A stretch of 64,000 nucleotides of DNA, taken from positions 5,241,708 to 5,305,707 of the forward strand of contig OZ316891.1 in assembly GCA_973895155.1 (NCBI GenBank), in the 5' to 3' direction. Below the pieces are notes generated by a model. The model ran no database searches. It worked only from the letters and a program-made list of their open reading frames with translations, and was not told where the DNA came from. Both the position numbers and the translations under genes were made by a program. Each line of letters starts with the position of its first letter. Position 1 is the stretch's first letter. The DNA is from Marsupella aquatica. Lineage: Eukaryota; Plantae; Marchantiophyta. Positions 48,601 through 61,392 of this stretch are shown in pieces.

Positions 48601-49062
48601 ATGCATGAAGCGAATACACAGACCTCGACACAGACAAGCACGGAAATGGCTTTTAACAAGAACTATGAAACCACTGAGGAGGGTGTTCGAGATTGCCCTC
48701 CGGTAATGAAGATTCGCGGAGGTAGGCAGATGCCACCAATCAGCGAGCCGACCCCCAAGCCCAACGATATTGAAGCTACTCAAAAGGAGCCTTTTCTACA
48801 GAAACCTGTTGCAGTCCGGGATTGTCCTCCGGGAATGAGGATTCGAGGAGGTAGACAAATGCCGTCGATCAACCAACCTACTGGAAAGCCCGAAGACATT
48901 GGAGCCAGCCAGAAGGAGCCTCACCTACAGAAGCCTTTTGCAATCCGGGATTGTCCTCCTGGAATGAGGATTCGAGGAGGTAGACAGATGCCCCCAATGA
49001 GCCCACTTGGCAGCAAGCCGGAGGAATTCGCAGATCCAGACATTGAACTAGAAGGTGATTAG
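48601..49062 (+). CDS. Orphan protein with three tandem 43-aa repeats (core [VI]RDCPP[GV]M[RK]IRGGRQMP); start codon uncertain
   Basis: Repeat units start at 48685, 48814 and 48943 (129-nt period); differences in the core are mostly synonymous third-position changes; splice acceptor TTTCAG ends at 48570 upstream. Confidence 0.7.
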   Translation: MHEANTQTSTQTSTEMAFNKNYETTEEGVRDCPPVMKIRGGRQMPPISEPTPKPNDIEATQKEPFLQKPVAVRDCPPGMRIRGGRQMPSINQPTGKPEDIGASQKEPHLQKPFAIRDCPPGMRIRGGRQMPPMSPLGSKPEEFADPDIELEGD

Positions 49063-52000
49063 TTGAGGATCGATATTGGATCGAGAACAGAAACACCGCC
49101 TATATTGATTCGAGTACAGAAACGCTTTCTACCTTTGAATGTGGCACTATATCTTGACATTAGCTATTATTTTCTTATCCTGAAGTTCTGGGTATTAATT
49201 CTTGCTGTGATTTCGCGTCCTCACGGCTACATAGAGAACCAGGGAAAGCCGAATTCGAAAGAAGCTCTCTGAGACTCAAGGTAAATGATATGTCATTGTA
49301 ATGTTTCTGGTTTACAATTTTCTCCCTTTCCTCCAACCATGACAGTTTGCATGATAGAATCTAAAACGATCTAAAACGATCTGAACAGCTCAGTGGAGAT
49401 GCATTTATAACCACCATCTATCACTTGAGCACGATCGAAACTACTCTAGGATAACGGCTAGGATAAGGCCAGAGACAGCCTCTAGACTCTCCTGTGTCCT
49501 TTTTTAATTGTCATTGTCTCCTATACTCTTCTTCTCTCAACTCAAGGAAATCAATCCAAAAATGTAACTTTTTCATTTAAAAAAATTTGATCCAAACCAA
49601 ACTAATAATATTAATGATTTTTTATACCAGAGAACTAATTATTGTCTACATTTTCAAAAGTATTCAAAATTTTGAACTTAAAAAAAGAAATTTTAATTAA
49701 ATTTTAATCATTCAAATATAGTTATAATTAAGTTTTTCATTTCAGGCAGGTTAGGGCAGGCTCAAGCCAGGGCAGCTCTGGCCTGCAGAGACAATTGAGA
49801 TAAAAGGAGTGTATGAATGGATCTGATGGCATTTATTAAGAATACAATGGAAAAATTGATGAAGGGACAGGATTGGCTTCTGCTTTATAATTCTGACAGT
49901 CCACGTTTTTGGCAGGATAGGTATTATCTTGTTTAATGAATAGGCTGTTGCCACAGCGGCTACTAACCAGCACCCAAACTCTGTACAAAAAACACTTCTC
50001 TATGGCACAACCAAGGGCGAGAACAAAGGTTCGGGACGAAAAGGGTGATAACCCATCTATTATGAAAGCTTGAGTTACCATAAACATCCAGGTATCAATG
50101 TGGTCTTGCCCGAGTCTTGTTATTTATTTGTCTGCTTTGACCACTGTATAGTAAATTGATGTCCTGTAGACATCTTAATTTGAGCTTCCATTATTTAGCA
50201 TGTTGGATTCTGAATTTGTGAATAGCGAGATTGTAAAACAGGTGCAATGCTGTGTATTTGCTTAATTTTACTCTTAATTCATTAATGTATATTTATTTAG
50301 GTGCTCCAACAATTGAAAGGATTTGGAAGGGTCCCTGGTGGGGTATGCAACTCTTACACACTCATATATTTATTTTAAAGCTCGGTTTTCAATTTTATAC
50401 CTATTGTAATTGAGTTATCTACAGAGTGTAGTGTTAGCCTATTTCCACATACGATCCAAAATCTCACTAAACTTTGCTTTAACCTTCCATAAATATTAAT
50501 CCTGGCTGGTTTGATTAAAAACCCATTTATAAAAAAGAAACCGTATATTAATTTGGTTTGATCAAAACGGTAGGTCTTTTATTAAAGTTACATCTTTGGA
50601 CTGCTTAAGTTGAGAGGTACGAAGAGTTTAAATTACACTAAAATGAAGCCTTACAATATTATATATTGAATATATATAGAGTTAATATAAGCAATAAATA
50701 AAAAAACTCCGTTAGAAACATCCTTTATAATTATAAACTAAAAAAAATGCTTCAATTCTAAGGGTAGGACCGAAGTGGTGTTCAATGTAATTGAGGTGCT
50801 ATGGCATTCATATCAAGTAAACCAAGCACTCCTTCAAACCTTTTCGTAAGTATCACTTTATTTTCATAGATGCAGTGAGTCACATTGCACAACACACATA
50901 CTGATGCTACGTGCATGGGTAAGTCAAATGAGTGAATAAAAACTTTTATCTTAATAGAAACAAAGTAATTTCACTTGGTGGCTGTCCATGATGTCACTCT
51001 TAAGGCAGCTGGTGAGTCTGCAGGGATTCTATTATTCCCTGCTCGTTCCCTAGGTCAGAAACGTCTATTGCCTAACCGTCTATACAGTCATGACACGTAC
51101 CCTTGGTTGAAGAAATAAATGTCTCAATATAATCATGCACACGCTTCAACAATCCTGGAGCAAGGGTTTTACACTTTTACTAGTACTTACCGATCTAAAG
51201 AAAAAACTACAAGTCAGGACTGATAGCATCCTTGCTTTCAGGAAGTACACAAGCAACGTGGACGTAGCCGATTAATTACACCTCATCCCTTCAAACATTA
51301 ATTAGATCCAAATATCTAGAGGTATTTGCTTGATTAACCTTAAAATGAAATTTGTTATTTGATCAACCCCTGAGGTCTATCAACGGTCCAGATCTGAGAT
51401 TTATCAAAGGTCCAGATCTGAGATTGAAAGGTCCATCAATCATCCAGATCGGGGAAAAACATGGAGGGGATTAATTAAGCAAACTTTTTCCAGAAAGGGT
51501 TCTACTAAGCATAAGTTTCATGCACGCATACTGCACATGTTTGATGCATGATTGTTATGTGCCACAGCAGAGAAATAACTGACCAGTCTTGTACGAGTAT
51601 CAACCCGATTATCAATAAGAAAACTTAACTTTACTCAATCATTTCGATGCTTCTTCTTCAGGGTGTAAGGAGGACATTCTATATAAGATCCTATATGTTC
51701 TGTAGGAGGCTAGGATACTCGCCGGCAGAGACAATTAATTGTCTTTAGTTGGTGCTCCGATTTGACACGTACTCCGATAAAACTGTAACTTTCATATTCA
51801 CAAGGTTAAGTTGACTCCCTGGTATGTAAGTGGTTTCTCTACGAGTTTGTGGGTCTTGGTAGGACCTCCGCTAAACCCTAGTTGGAGATCCATGCGAAGC
51901 AGTAAAAGCAGACAAAGTCTGAAATATTGACAGGAAAGAATAACAAATATCCATCACATCGAAACGATTTGTGACAAACTCCTTGCATGCTGAAGATCGA

Positions 52001-52344
52001 GTACAGTGGTGCAAAGTACTTCCTATGTCGAAAAAGCAGCAAACTAGTCAAAACAAAACTTATTTATCCAACTCAAATATCTTCTCGAATTGAATGATTG
52101 AACGTACAGACCATTTCAAAGTGTTTTCCAAAGCCAATACTTATACATATATACAAGTCAATTGGCTGTTTCCAATGTCAAAAATTTAGTTGGCCATTCC
52201 TTGCCCTACAGATATAGCTTGGATCTATACTCCACGTTGTGACCTAGCTTGATAGTCCAATTAATCCAGGATCTCTTGGGACGCGCGCCTCCTCTGATCT
52301 TCTTTGAGAGTTCCTCATATGCATGCTTAATCTCATATGGTGTT

Positions 52345-53420
52345 TAATTACTCTTCAGATGGGGGAAGTCTTTTGCATCTTTTGGAGCCTTTTCTGAAGG
52401 CGAAAGGTGCTCCCGGTTTCACTTCCGGGGAATCCTTCAACAGTCTGCATCACATGAAAGAATACACATAGCAAATTATGTTTAGACTACAAGCTATATG
52501 GTTAATATGCATGCAGTTTAGACTCTCTCCGCGTTAGAATTCTGTGACTATCTTAGAAACTGGTAGGTCTAATTTAATATGAAACAAAGGAAAGCTGAGT
52601 GTTTTTCTAGCAAAGTCACCTCAGCCTGAGATTGGGGAAATGAAAATATCCTAAAACATACAGCTATCGATCGATGGGATCAGCAAAATCATTAAACCCA
52701 ACAAATTAATTAACAAAAAAAAGAAGTGATAGAATGAGTAAAGCCAATAAACTTAAAAGAGCAAGTAACAGAAAGGCAACCAAAGCATCGATAGCGACCT
52801 AGCTTAAACTAAAGGCAGGCAACAGCTAAAGTACTACGTAGATAGCTCAGGTGAAGGTTATCGAAAGTATCAGCAACCAGCACAGGAAGTAGAGGTTTCG
52901 GTTAGAAGCTCACCGAGACGGTTTGGACAGATTGTTGCACTGCGCGCTCTCTGGAAGAACCAGATAGCTGCTTTGCTAGAAACTTCGCAGCCTTCTTTAT
53001 ATCATAGTTCTCCAATTCATCCCGAGGGACAACTTCAGAACTTGGGCAAACTCGTCGTCCTGGAGTGCATCTTCAACCAAATCCTGATCCTCAACCTCTT
53101 CTCTCTTGCGAATTTTAGACTCGCGGATTTCAAACTCTCCCGCATCGACTGCCCGCCTACCACCCATAACTTTCCCTGAACTTTTTCTGGATATAGTGTT
53201 TCTCGGTCAAAGTATGTAATTAAGGAGTCAGCACAGAGGTCGGAAAACCCTCTTTAGTATCAAACTTTGAAGAAGCTACGCCGCTACTCCGCTAATTAAG
53301 ATCGATTGTCCCGATCGCGCCCTAAAGTCCCAACCCGGCCGTCCGAAGCAGATCGTTTTTGAATTGCCTTCGATGACATGAGTAACAGGAAGATGTGATA
53401 CACTCTTCTCGGAAGAACTT
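52345..53420. repeat. Segmental duplication block: inverted copy at ~62555-63890, partial direct copy at ~54940-55400
   Basis: Long colinear matches such as TTCCGGGGAATCCTTCAACA.TCTGCATCACATGAAAGAATACACATAGC and its reverse complement near 63760-63810. Confidence 0.85.
52355..53167 (-). pseudogene. Frameshifted copy of orphan acidic protein family (MGGR.AVD...EDAL.DDEFAQVL)
   Basis: ATG at 53167; 1-nt deletion after VLKL relative to the 62798 copy; shared donor TCG|GTGAG and downstream exon (TVEGFPG...). Confidence 0.45.
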
Positions 53421-54840
53421 TCAGAGAGCGAGAGAGATAATGAACCTATCACTGCCAAGATAGCCATATCTAGTCAGGCCGGAGGGTAAGAAACCTTATA
53501 CCTGGATGTACGTATGAGGGGGGAGCAGCCTGCCAGGAGAAGAAGACCAGATGCGGGGACGCCTAGTGATCGGCCAATGCCAGGTAGGTGGGGCCAGCAG
53601 AATCGGACATGCGGATCGACTGACCAGAAAAAAAGAAAACAATTCTCACCCCGGTCAACTTTTCATTCTGTGGCCTATCCATCCTTGAATATCAAATACA
53701 TGCATGGGCTGAACGACGCAAGGATAATTTAGATATAGCAATTAACTTGTGTACGTCTTTTTAGTTTTGAAAAGTGTTATTTTGTGGCCATCAAGCTTAT
53801 GAGCGCAGATCGAGTCAACAAGCCATTCGACTTGCCAGTTTAGTCTGAATATATCCAACGTACCTACTTACCATTGACCTCTGACTAGCAACAAAATTAG
53901 CTATATGTGGTGATCGACTGAACAGTGACTTACATTTAGAAGCTAGTATACTACGGCTTTACAGTGACACCAATGCACATGCAGGCAAAAAACGTACACA
54001 TGCAAGGATAGTGCACCAGTCATGTACTGTGTTTTTTCCCATTTAATGTAGTGCAGTTAGAGAAAATGGGATCAATCTTCTGCTGTATCTGTAAAGAAAA
54101 ACTTTAATGCCCCCTCGATCCTTGTCTGAACCTTGGATTGTCAGTGGACTCGATCCTCCATCTATATTCGATCTCTTTGAACCAGTCCAGGACTAAGAGC
54201 ATGCACTAAACAGGAACGTAGTGCTATCGCCAATGGTATAAGCCTTGTTGGTTGGAGCATGCATTGAATTCGGATCAATTAGCTGTGTTTTCTCCCATTA
54301 GTCTGGCTGGCTCTTATATATGATTTCGATCTGTTCAGGCCAGCTAGAGTTTAGGGAAGATTTCGGCGATGGAAAGGTCCTTAGCTTTGTCTAAATCAGC
54401 TTCGATTCGCGCATGTGAGGAATGTGTTGGGCTAAGCACATGTTGCAGTGGCAGAGGTTCAAGGACACTCCACAAAAAAATATATATGTTTGACCAGATC
54501 TGCTTAGTCAGCACAAGAATAGAAAAGCTCAATTAACCCTTCCTCCGGCTTATCACCGGCAGTCTGTTTAGGGTTCCAAACTAAGTTATGGCAACTAAAC
54601 AAGAGGGCTGTGCTGGTTGCGGGACTGATGCTGCATTTTTTGAGTGAGGCAGACTTCCACACAGTGCAACCTGCCTCGCACCTTTGTCGAGTTGATTTCA
54701 TTTAATTTTGAACCCTAGTATTGTCCTTGGTCTCTGAGTTATTGGATCGGTGCAAGCATCTGCAGCTGGCAAAGACGGGCCAGCTGGAATCCGACGGTTT
54801 ATCCATAGAAACTTAAGGTTTATTGACCATAAATCCTAAT

Positions 54841-55122
54841 TTAGATAGATGGAGTGTAAAACATCGAGCAAAAATGCTGTAGGGGCCGGAATTGAATTCT
54901 TCTACTTATCGTTCGATATGTTCCTGAGTCTCTTTCCCGGGGATGTAACTCTAATTCATCCCGAGGGACCAACTGCAGAACTTGGGCGAACTCATCGTCC
55001 TCGAGTGCATCTTCAACAAAATCATCCTCCACCTGTTCTCTCTTGCAACTTTTAGGCAAAATGCGTAAATTTATTTCATTGTCTCCCGCATCTCCCGCAT
55101 CGACTGCCCGCCTGCCATCCAT
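54841..55122 (-). pseudogene. Truncated copy of orphan acidic protein family
   Basis: MDGRRAVD...EDALEDDEFAQVLQLVPRDEL matches the 62798 ORF, then homology breaks at a duplication junction. Confidence 0.45.
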
Positions 55123-58084
55123 TATTTTCCCTGAACTTTCTTTCTCTGGATACCTCGGTCAAAGTATGTAAGGAGTCAGCTCAAAGTTCGGAAAACCCTC
55201 TCTTTAGTATCAGAAACTCCTGACAGAAGCTAAGCCGCTACTCCGCTAATTAAGATCTATCGTCTCGATCGCCCCCTAAAGTTCCTACCAGGCCGTCCGA
55301 AGCAGATGGCCGGTATTTTGCCTTCGATGACATGAGCGACAGGAAGATGTGAGACACTCTTCTCGGAAGAACTTTCAGAGATGACATGAGGGACAGGAAG
55401 ATGTGAGACACTCTTCGCGGAAGAACTTTCAGAGATCGAGAGAGATAATGAACCTTTCAGTACTGCCAAGATAGCCATATATAGTCAGGCCCGAGGGTAA
55501 GAAACCTTATACCTGGATGAGCGTATGAGAGGGGAGCAGCCGGCCGGGAGAAGAAGACTATATACGGGGGCGCCTAGTGATCGGCCAATGCCGGGTAGGT
55601 GGGACCAGCAAAATCGGACATACGGGTCAACTGACCAGTGATTTGCTATATTTCCAAGCCATGACTGCCTGTACACCTACTAACATTCGTGCCAGTCCTC
55701 GCAGAAAAAAGGAAAACAATTCTCAGCCCAGTCGACTGACCAGTGATTTGCTCTATATATTTCCAAGCTGCGACTGCCTGTACACTAACATTCGTGCCAG
55801 TCCTTGCAGAAAAAGAAGTAAAAATTCCACCCAAGCCAACTTTTCATTGTGTGGGCTATCCATCCGTTAATATCAAATACATGCATATATGGACTGATCG
55901 ACCCAGCAGGGATTATTTAGATATAGCTAGTAATTGTGTCTTAATTTTCAATTTTGAAAAGTGCTAATTATATTGTGGTCATCGAGCTTCTGAGAGCAGA
56001 GTCAGCAAGCCATTAGAGTTGCCACTTTATATAGTTTGAGTATATCCAACGCACCTACTTTCCACTGACCTAGCTCTGACTATCGATCAATAAAATTATA
56101 TATCTGTGGTGACTGAACAGTGACTTACATTTCATTACTAGTAACTATACTATGGCGTACAGTGACAACAATGCACACTCAGACAGAAAACACAAGGATA
56201 GGGCACCGTGTGCTGTAGTTTTTCCCATTTAATGTAGTGCAATTATAGAATATAGGATTAATCTTCTAGTGTAACGAGAAAATCCTCGGTCCTTGTTTGC
56301 GAATAAGAGAATGTGGCTGCAGGCCGGAGGCATGGAGGGTGCTAGGTTGCCGATACTGGCTCATTGATCGAGGTAGTTTGTACTGTGTTTAGGGACTGCC
56401 ACTAGCTTGTAAGCTCGCAACTCACATGATTTCAATGAGTTGATCGTATTATATATAAACTGTTCAGCTTCGATATCCTGAACCCTTCGGATCTTGGAAG
56501 AGGTCACCTCTGTAAATAAAGACCGTGTTGGGTACGACAGTCACGGTAGTGGGGAAGTACCGAAAAGTCAAATTGAATAATCGAAGGATACTAACGTGGC
56601 AGCTCATACCGCTAATGGCTTGGAATGGCATAAGCTTTAAATAAACATTTGAAGCCAATGACGCTATCTTAATAATAATGTAACAAACGGCAGAACAGGA
56701 ACTAAATAAATTCATCAAATGAAGGAGACATCGAAACATAGAGTGAAGAGGTCAATAAATTCATCAAATGAAGGAGACATCGATCTGCTCAACATAGAGT
56801 ATTTACATCTCGACACCTCATAGGTGCCGAAACAGCTCAGCATAGAGTGTGTACATCTCGACACCTCATAGGTGCCGAGACATATTAACAGTACACAACA
56901 TGAAGAATCCACACTCAAGGCTTCATTCCAATATGGGCAATCAAATCCTTCCGCAAAAGAGTACATATACAAAACTAATGAATATTTTTCGTTTGCGAAT
57001 TGCAACCAGTTAATGTTGAATTGTAACATGAAAAAAACGTTTTACCCACTGGATTGCTCCACAGTGAATCACACGTATCTGTGAGCCACATAGCTCTCTT
57101 GCAAAATATTTGGCGTCGTTGGGAGGAGTAAAATTAACTGCACATAACACGAAGAATCCAAAACTCCTTCGACTTGTGATTGAGGGGGCCAAGGCAGATG
57201 AGTAATTAAATTAAGTGCAGCCTCTACCCCCAAAGTACAGCCGTAGTTGGACCCATGGACCCGCCCCTGGACCGGCCAATTTTAAGTCAATGTAGCATAG
57301 GTTCCGCATCAACCTCCAAACAAATGGGAACTCATTTGATGTGGGAATTTACAATGAAACCAAGTCTTATGGCTGTTTTTTAATACGGGTTTATAGCCAA
57401 ACCAACCAACATCTATACATTTTTAATAAAATTTTAATAAAATAAATTAGCAGGCTTGCCTATTTTCTATCTCATGTGGAAAATTAAGAAAATCAGAGTT
57501 TAGAAATGACTCCAAAAAGCTAAATCAAAACCCAAGTTTGTAAACAATCCTTATTATTTTCCAGCCAACCTTTCAGTACATATAGAATATAGACCTCTGC
57601 ATATTATCCAAGCTAGAGTTACTTATCCAAGAACCAGGTTTTAGTAAATACGTGCCATAAATGGAAATGTCCCAAAATCGCTCCCCGAAATCACTGTAAC
57701 CTCAATATATTACTCCAGAGGGCTCTCCGTGCGGGTTACAAGGATCTATCCCGTCCGTTCGCATTCATACGACGAGTTAATAGCTTGTACTCTGGCCTAC
57801 TCTGGCCAGGAAGCCCGTGTCTGGCAAGGTGGAAGGAACTCAGAGTATATAAGTGTTGGCCAGTAGAGTACTGTAAACCCTTGTAACCCACTTTTAGGTT
57901 TTCCAGAATTCTTGCTTGAATAATAAATTTAAAATAAACTATCCACAAAATGAACGTACAGCCAACCTGTCATCTACAAAGTTTGGTGCAAGTTGCTCAA
58001 AGTAAAAACATAGCATTGCTGCTTGTCTATTGGCTGTACGTATATAAGGGAATGTTGGGTTTGAGGTTTGGGTCATTAGCGCCT

Positions 58085-58091
58085 TATAAAA
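58085..58091 (+). promoter_or_regulatory. TATA box (TATAAAA) upstream of the orphan TM gene, mirrored near 61598-61604 on minus
   Basis: TATAAAA 220 bp upstream of ATG 58305, conserved in both arms. Confidence 0.5.
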
Positions 58092-58304
58092 GCATCACTA
58101 CACTCAGACCAAACCATCATTCGAGCCGTAAGAGTCCCTTCTTGCATTGTAGTTTGGAAAGTTCGTAGATTTGATCGATTCCTACTGTCTTGGTGATCGA
58201 GATTCTCTAGTGACTTACAGAGAGAGGGAGTTCAGTTTGTGGGTTTGCGAAGGTCGACCACTCTCTAGTTCTCTGTAGCTTGATCGACCTCGTCTTTTGA
58301 AGCA

Positions 58305-58733
58305 ATGGCGGCACCTACGTTGGTTTACATTGAGATGGGACTGGTCGCGGTGGGGGTCGTAGCGATGGCTTTACTGTTGCTGGGTTTATATTCGGCTCCT
58401 TTGAGAAAATGGTGCTGTTCACATCTACACGGAGCTCGTCCTACAGAATCTGGTCTCACAGATCTGAGTAGGCTACATTTTAATGAGATTCTCCGCGAAG
58501 CTGCCGCTGCAAGAGATCAGAACCCATCATATTTGCACGAGGTTTCCAGGGAAGCGCCAGCCGCACGTCCGAATAGGGTGAGTTTCGACAACGCTCTCCC
58601 CGAAGAGGCTGTTCCCGTGGATATCAACGAACGACATTTGCCAGAAGCTACTTTCGCACATTCGCGTCCTGAGGAGCGTTCTTTTGCGGCTCTGGAAATG
58701 GACCCCCAACAAGAAATTCAAGTGGAGCCTTGA
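58305..58733 (+). CDS. Orphan single-pass membrane protein, 142 aa
   Basis: GCAATGG start context; hydrophobic segment MGLVAVGVVAMALLLLGLY followed by LRKWCC; frame conserved in the inverted paralog. Confidence 0.6.
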   Translation: MAAPTLVYIEMGLVAVGVVAMALLLLGLYSAPLRKWCCSHLHGARPTESGLTDLSRLHFNEILREAAAARDQNPSYLHEVSREAPAARPNRVSFDNALPEEAVPVDINERHLPEATFAHSRPEERSFAALEMDPQQEIQVEP

Positions 58734-60891
58734 AGGTTCGAGCGGAAATAAAAGACGTTAATTAAGGACGTTGAGCCTCATGGAGAGCATCTATTCTTGA
58801 GGAGTTGGCTTCAAGTCACGTGCTTTGGCGAGAAGGGACTATTAGTGTACTCGATTCTCCCTCCATATTCGATCTCTTTGAAGCAGTGGCTAAAAGCACT
58901 CAACTGCAGGAAAGTAGTGCTATCACCAGTGGTATTAATCAGCCTTGTGGGAGCATGGAATTCGGATCAATGTTAGCTGTGCTTTGTCCCTGTTAGTCTG
59001 GCTTGCTCATATGATTTCTGTTCAAGCCATAGTTTAGGGAAGATTTTCGGTTATGAAAAGGTTCTTAGCTTTGTCTAAATCAGCTTCGATGCATGTAGGA
59101 ATGTGGTAGGACTAAGTACATGTGGTAGCAGTGGCAGATGTTCAAGGACAATCCACAAATAATCTGTTTGACCAGGTCTTCTTAATCAGCACAAGAATAA
59201 AAAAAGCCCAGTTAACTTTATGCTAGCTTCATTTTATGAGTGAGGCACACTTGCAAATATTGCAGCCCGACTCTCACCTTTGTCGAGTTAATTTCATTGA
59301 ATTTTGAACCCTACTTTCGCTTTTGGTCTCTTCTTGGGTGGTGCACCTGCAGCTGTCAAATACGGGCCGGCTGGAATTCCGACGGTTTATACATCGAAAC
59401 TTAAGGTTTCTTGACCATAAATCTTTATTTAGATTGAGGCACCATATCCTGATGACGGGGACAGTGTAAAACATCCAGCAAGAATGTTTTAGGGTAATCA
59501 GACAATCACCTATGGTAGCAACTATATAGTGTGTGTACATGTGTTGTGCAATGTGGAAGTACCGCAAGTACATTCTGGTTTCCAGTCTAAAAAGAAACCA
59601 AATACCAAAGGCTCAAAAGCACAACAAGATCTTTAATTCGATCTCTCTTCTTCGGTTCGACCTGGGCAAAATAATCGGGAAAAGAATACTTCGAATCTCT
59701 TTGAATGGGTTCTCGGTTGAAGCTGGTGTCGCATCTTTTCGTTGAACGGTACAGGCATGGAAAGCAAGTACCAGTTACATGAATGAGCATGAGGCTCTGG
59801 CCCCGGGTCTGGCAGATAATTTCAGTGTGAGGCTACTTACTGTAGTTAGGCTTGACTGTATATCTGTGATTCTTGAGAACAAAAAAACACCTAAAGCACA
59901 AACTTCCAAGGCGCACACAAACAAGTTGAATGAAGACAACTGCGTCTGCTTCCCACGATGCGTTTTCAATAGAGGTTTGTCATGAATGAACTAGGTACTT
60001 ACTCAAAGGGATCATCATTTGGACCTCCAAGTTCCGAGTTAAGCATCAAAGATCAATGTACGGCTAGTGCTTGACCTAAACGGACCACACAAACGACGGA
60101 CTGAAATGGATTGTTTGTGTTCGCGAATCCAAGTGCTTCTCGTCTGATTCCCCTAAACCATTCTTGCTCAATGTTTTACATTGTCCCCGTCATCAGGAAA
60201 TGGTGCCTCGATCTACATAAAGATTTATGGTCAAGAACCTTAAGTTTAGATGTACAAACCGTCGGAATTCCAGCAGGCCCGTCTTTGCCAGCTTCAGTGC
60301 ACCATCCAAGAAGAGACCAAAGACGAAAGTAGGGTTCAAAATTAAATGAAATCAACTCGACAAAGGTGAGAGGCGGGCTGCCATATTTGCAAGTGTGCCT
60401 CACTCATAAAACGCAGCATCAAGTTCACTGGGCCTTTTTATTCTTCGATCTGCTGACTAAGAAGACCTGGTCAAACAGATTATTTGTGGATTGTCCTTGA
60501 ACTTCTCCCATGTACTGCTACCACATGTACTTAGTCCTGGCCTACCACATTGAGAACATGCATCGAAGCTGATTTAGACAAAGCTAAGAACCTTTCCATA
60601 ACCGAAAATCTTCCCTCAACTCTGGCTTGAACAGAAATCATATATATGAGCAAGCCAGACTAGCGGGGACAAAGCACAGCTAACATTGATCTCAATTCCA
60701 TACTCCCACAATTAAGGCAAATTAATACCACTGGCGATAGCACTACTTTTCTGTTGAGTGCTTTTAGCCACTGCTTCAAAGAGATCTAATATGGAAGGAG
60801 AATCGAGTACACTAACAGTCCCTTCCCGCCAAAGCACGTGACTTGAAGCCAACTCTTCAAGAATAGATGCTCTCCATGAGGTTCAACGTCC

Positions 60892-61392
60892 TTAACGTCT
60901 TTTATTTCCGCTCGAACGTTCATGAACAGGCTCAACTTGAATTTCAGGCTCAACTTGTATTTCAGGCTCAACTTGTATTTCTTGCCGGGGGTCCATTTCC
61001 AGAGCCACAAAAGAACGCTTCTCAGGACGCGAATGTGCGAAAGCAGCTTCTGGCAAATGTCGTTCGTTGATATCCACGGGAACAGCCTCTTCGGGGAGAG
61101 CTTTGTCGAAACTCACCCTATTCGGACGTGCGGCTGGCGCCTCGTGCAAATATGACGAGTTCTGATCTCTAGCCGCGGCAGCTTCACGGAAAATTTCACG
61201 GAAATGTAGCCTATTCAGACCTGTGAGACCAGATTCTTTAGGACGAGCTCCGTGTAGATGTGAACTGCACCATTTTCTCAACGGAGCCGAATATAAAACC
61301 AGCAACAGTAAAGCCATCACTTTGACCCCCACCGCAACCAGTCCCATCTCAATGTAAACCAACGTAGGTGCCGTCATGGCTTCAAAAGACAT
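60892..61392 (-). CDS. Orphan single-pass membrane protein paralog, 166 aa (homologous ATG at 61377), with (EIQVEP)x3 C-terminal expansion
   Basis: Colinear with 58305-58733; only in-frame indels (loss of VSRE, 18-nt tandem expansion). Confidence 0.6.
   Translation of the reverse strand: MSFEAMTAPTLVYIEMGLVAVGVKVMALLLLVLYSAPLRKWCSSHLHGARPKESGLTGLNRLHFREIFREAAAARDQNSSYLHEAPAARPNRVSFDKALPEEAVPVDINERHLPEAAFAHSRPEKRSFVALEMDPRQEIQVEPEIQVEPEIQVEPVHERSSGNKRR

Noticed and set aside
56700-56890. Short direct repeats with spacers, superficially CRISPR-like (similar cases at 17785-17895, 25890-25975, 47070-47250)
   Set aside because: Only two copies each, eukaryotic context and no cas genes; ordinary tandem duplications
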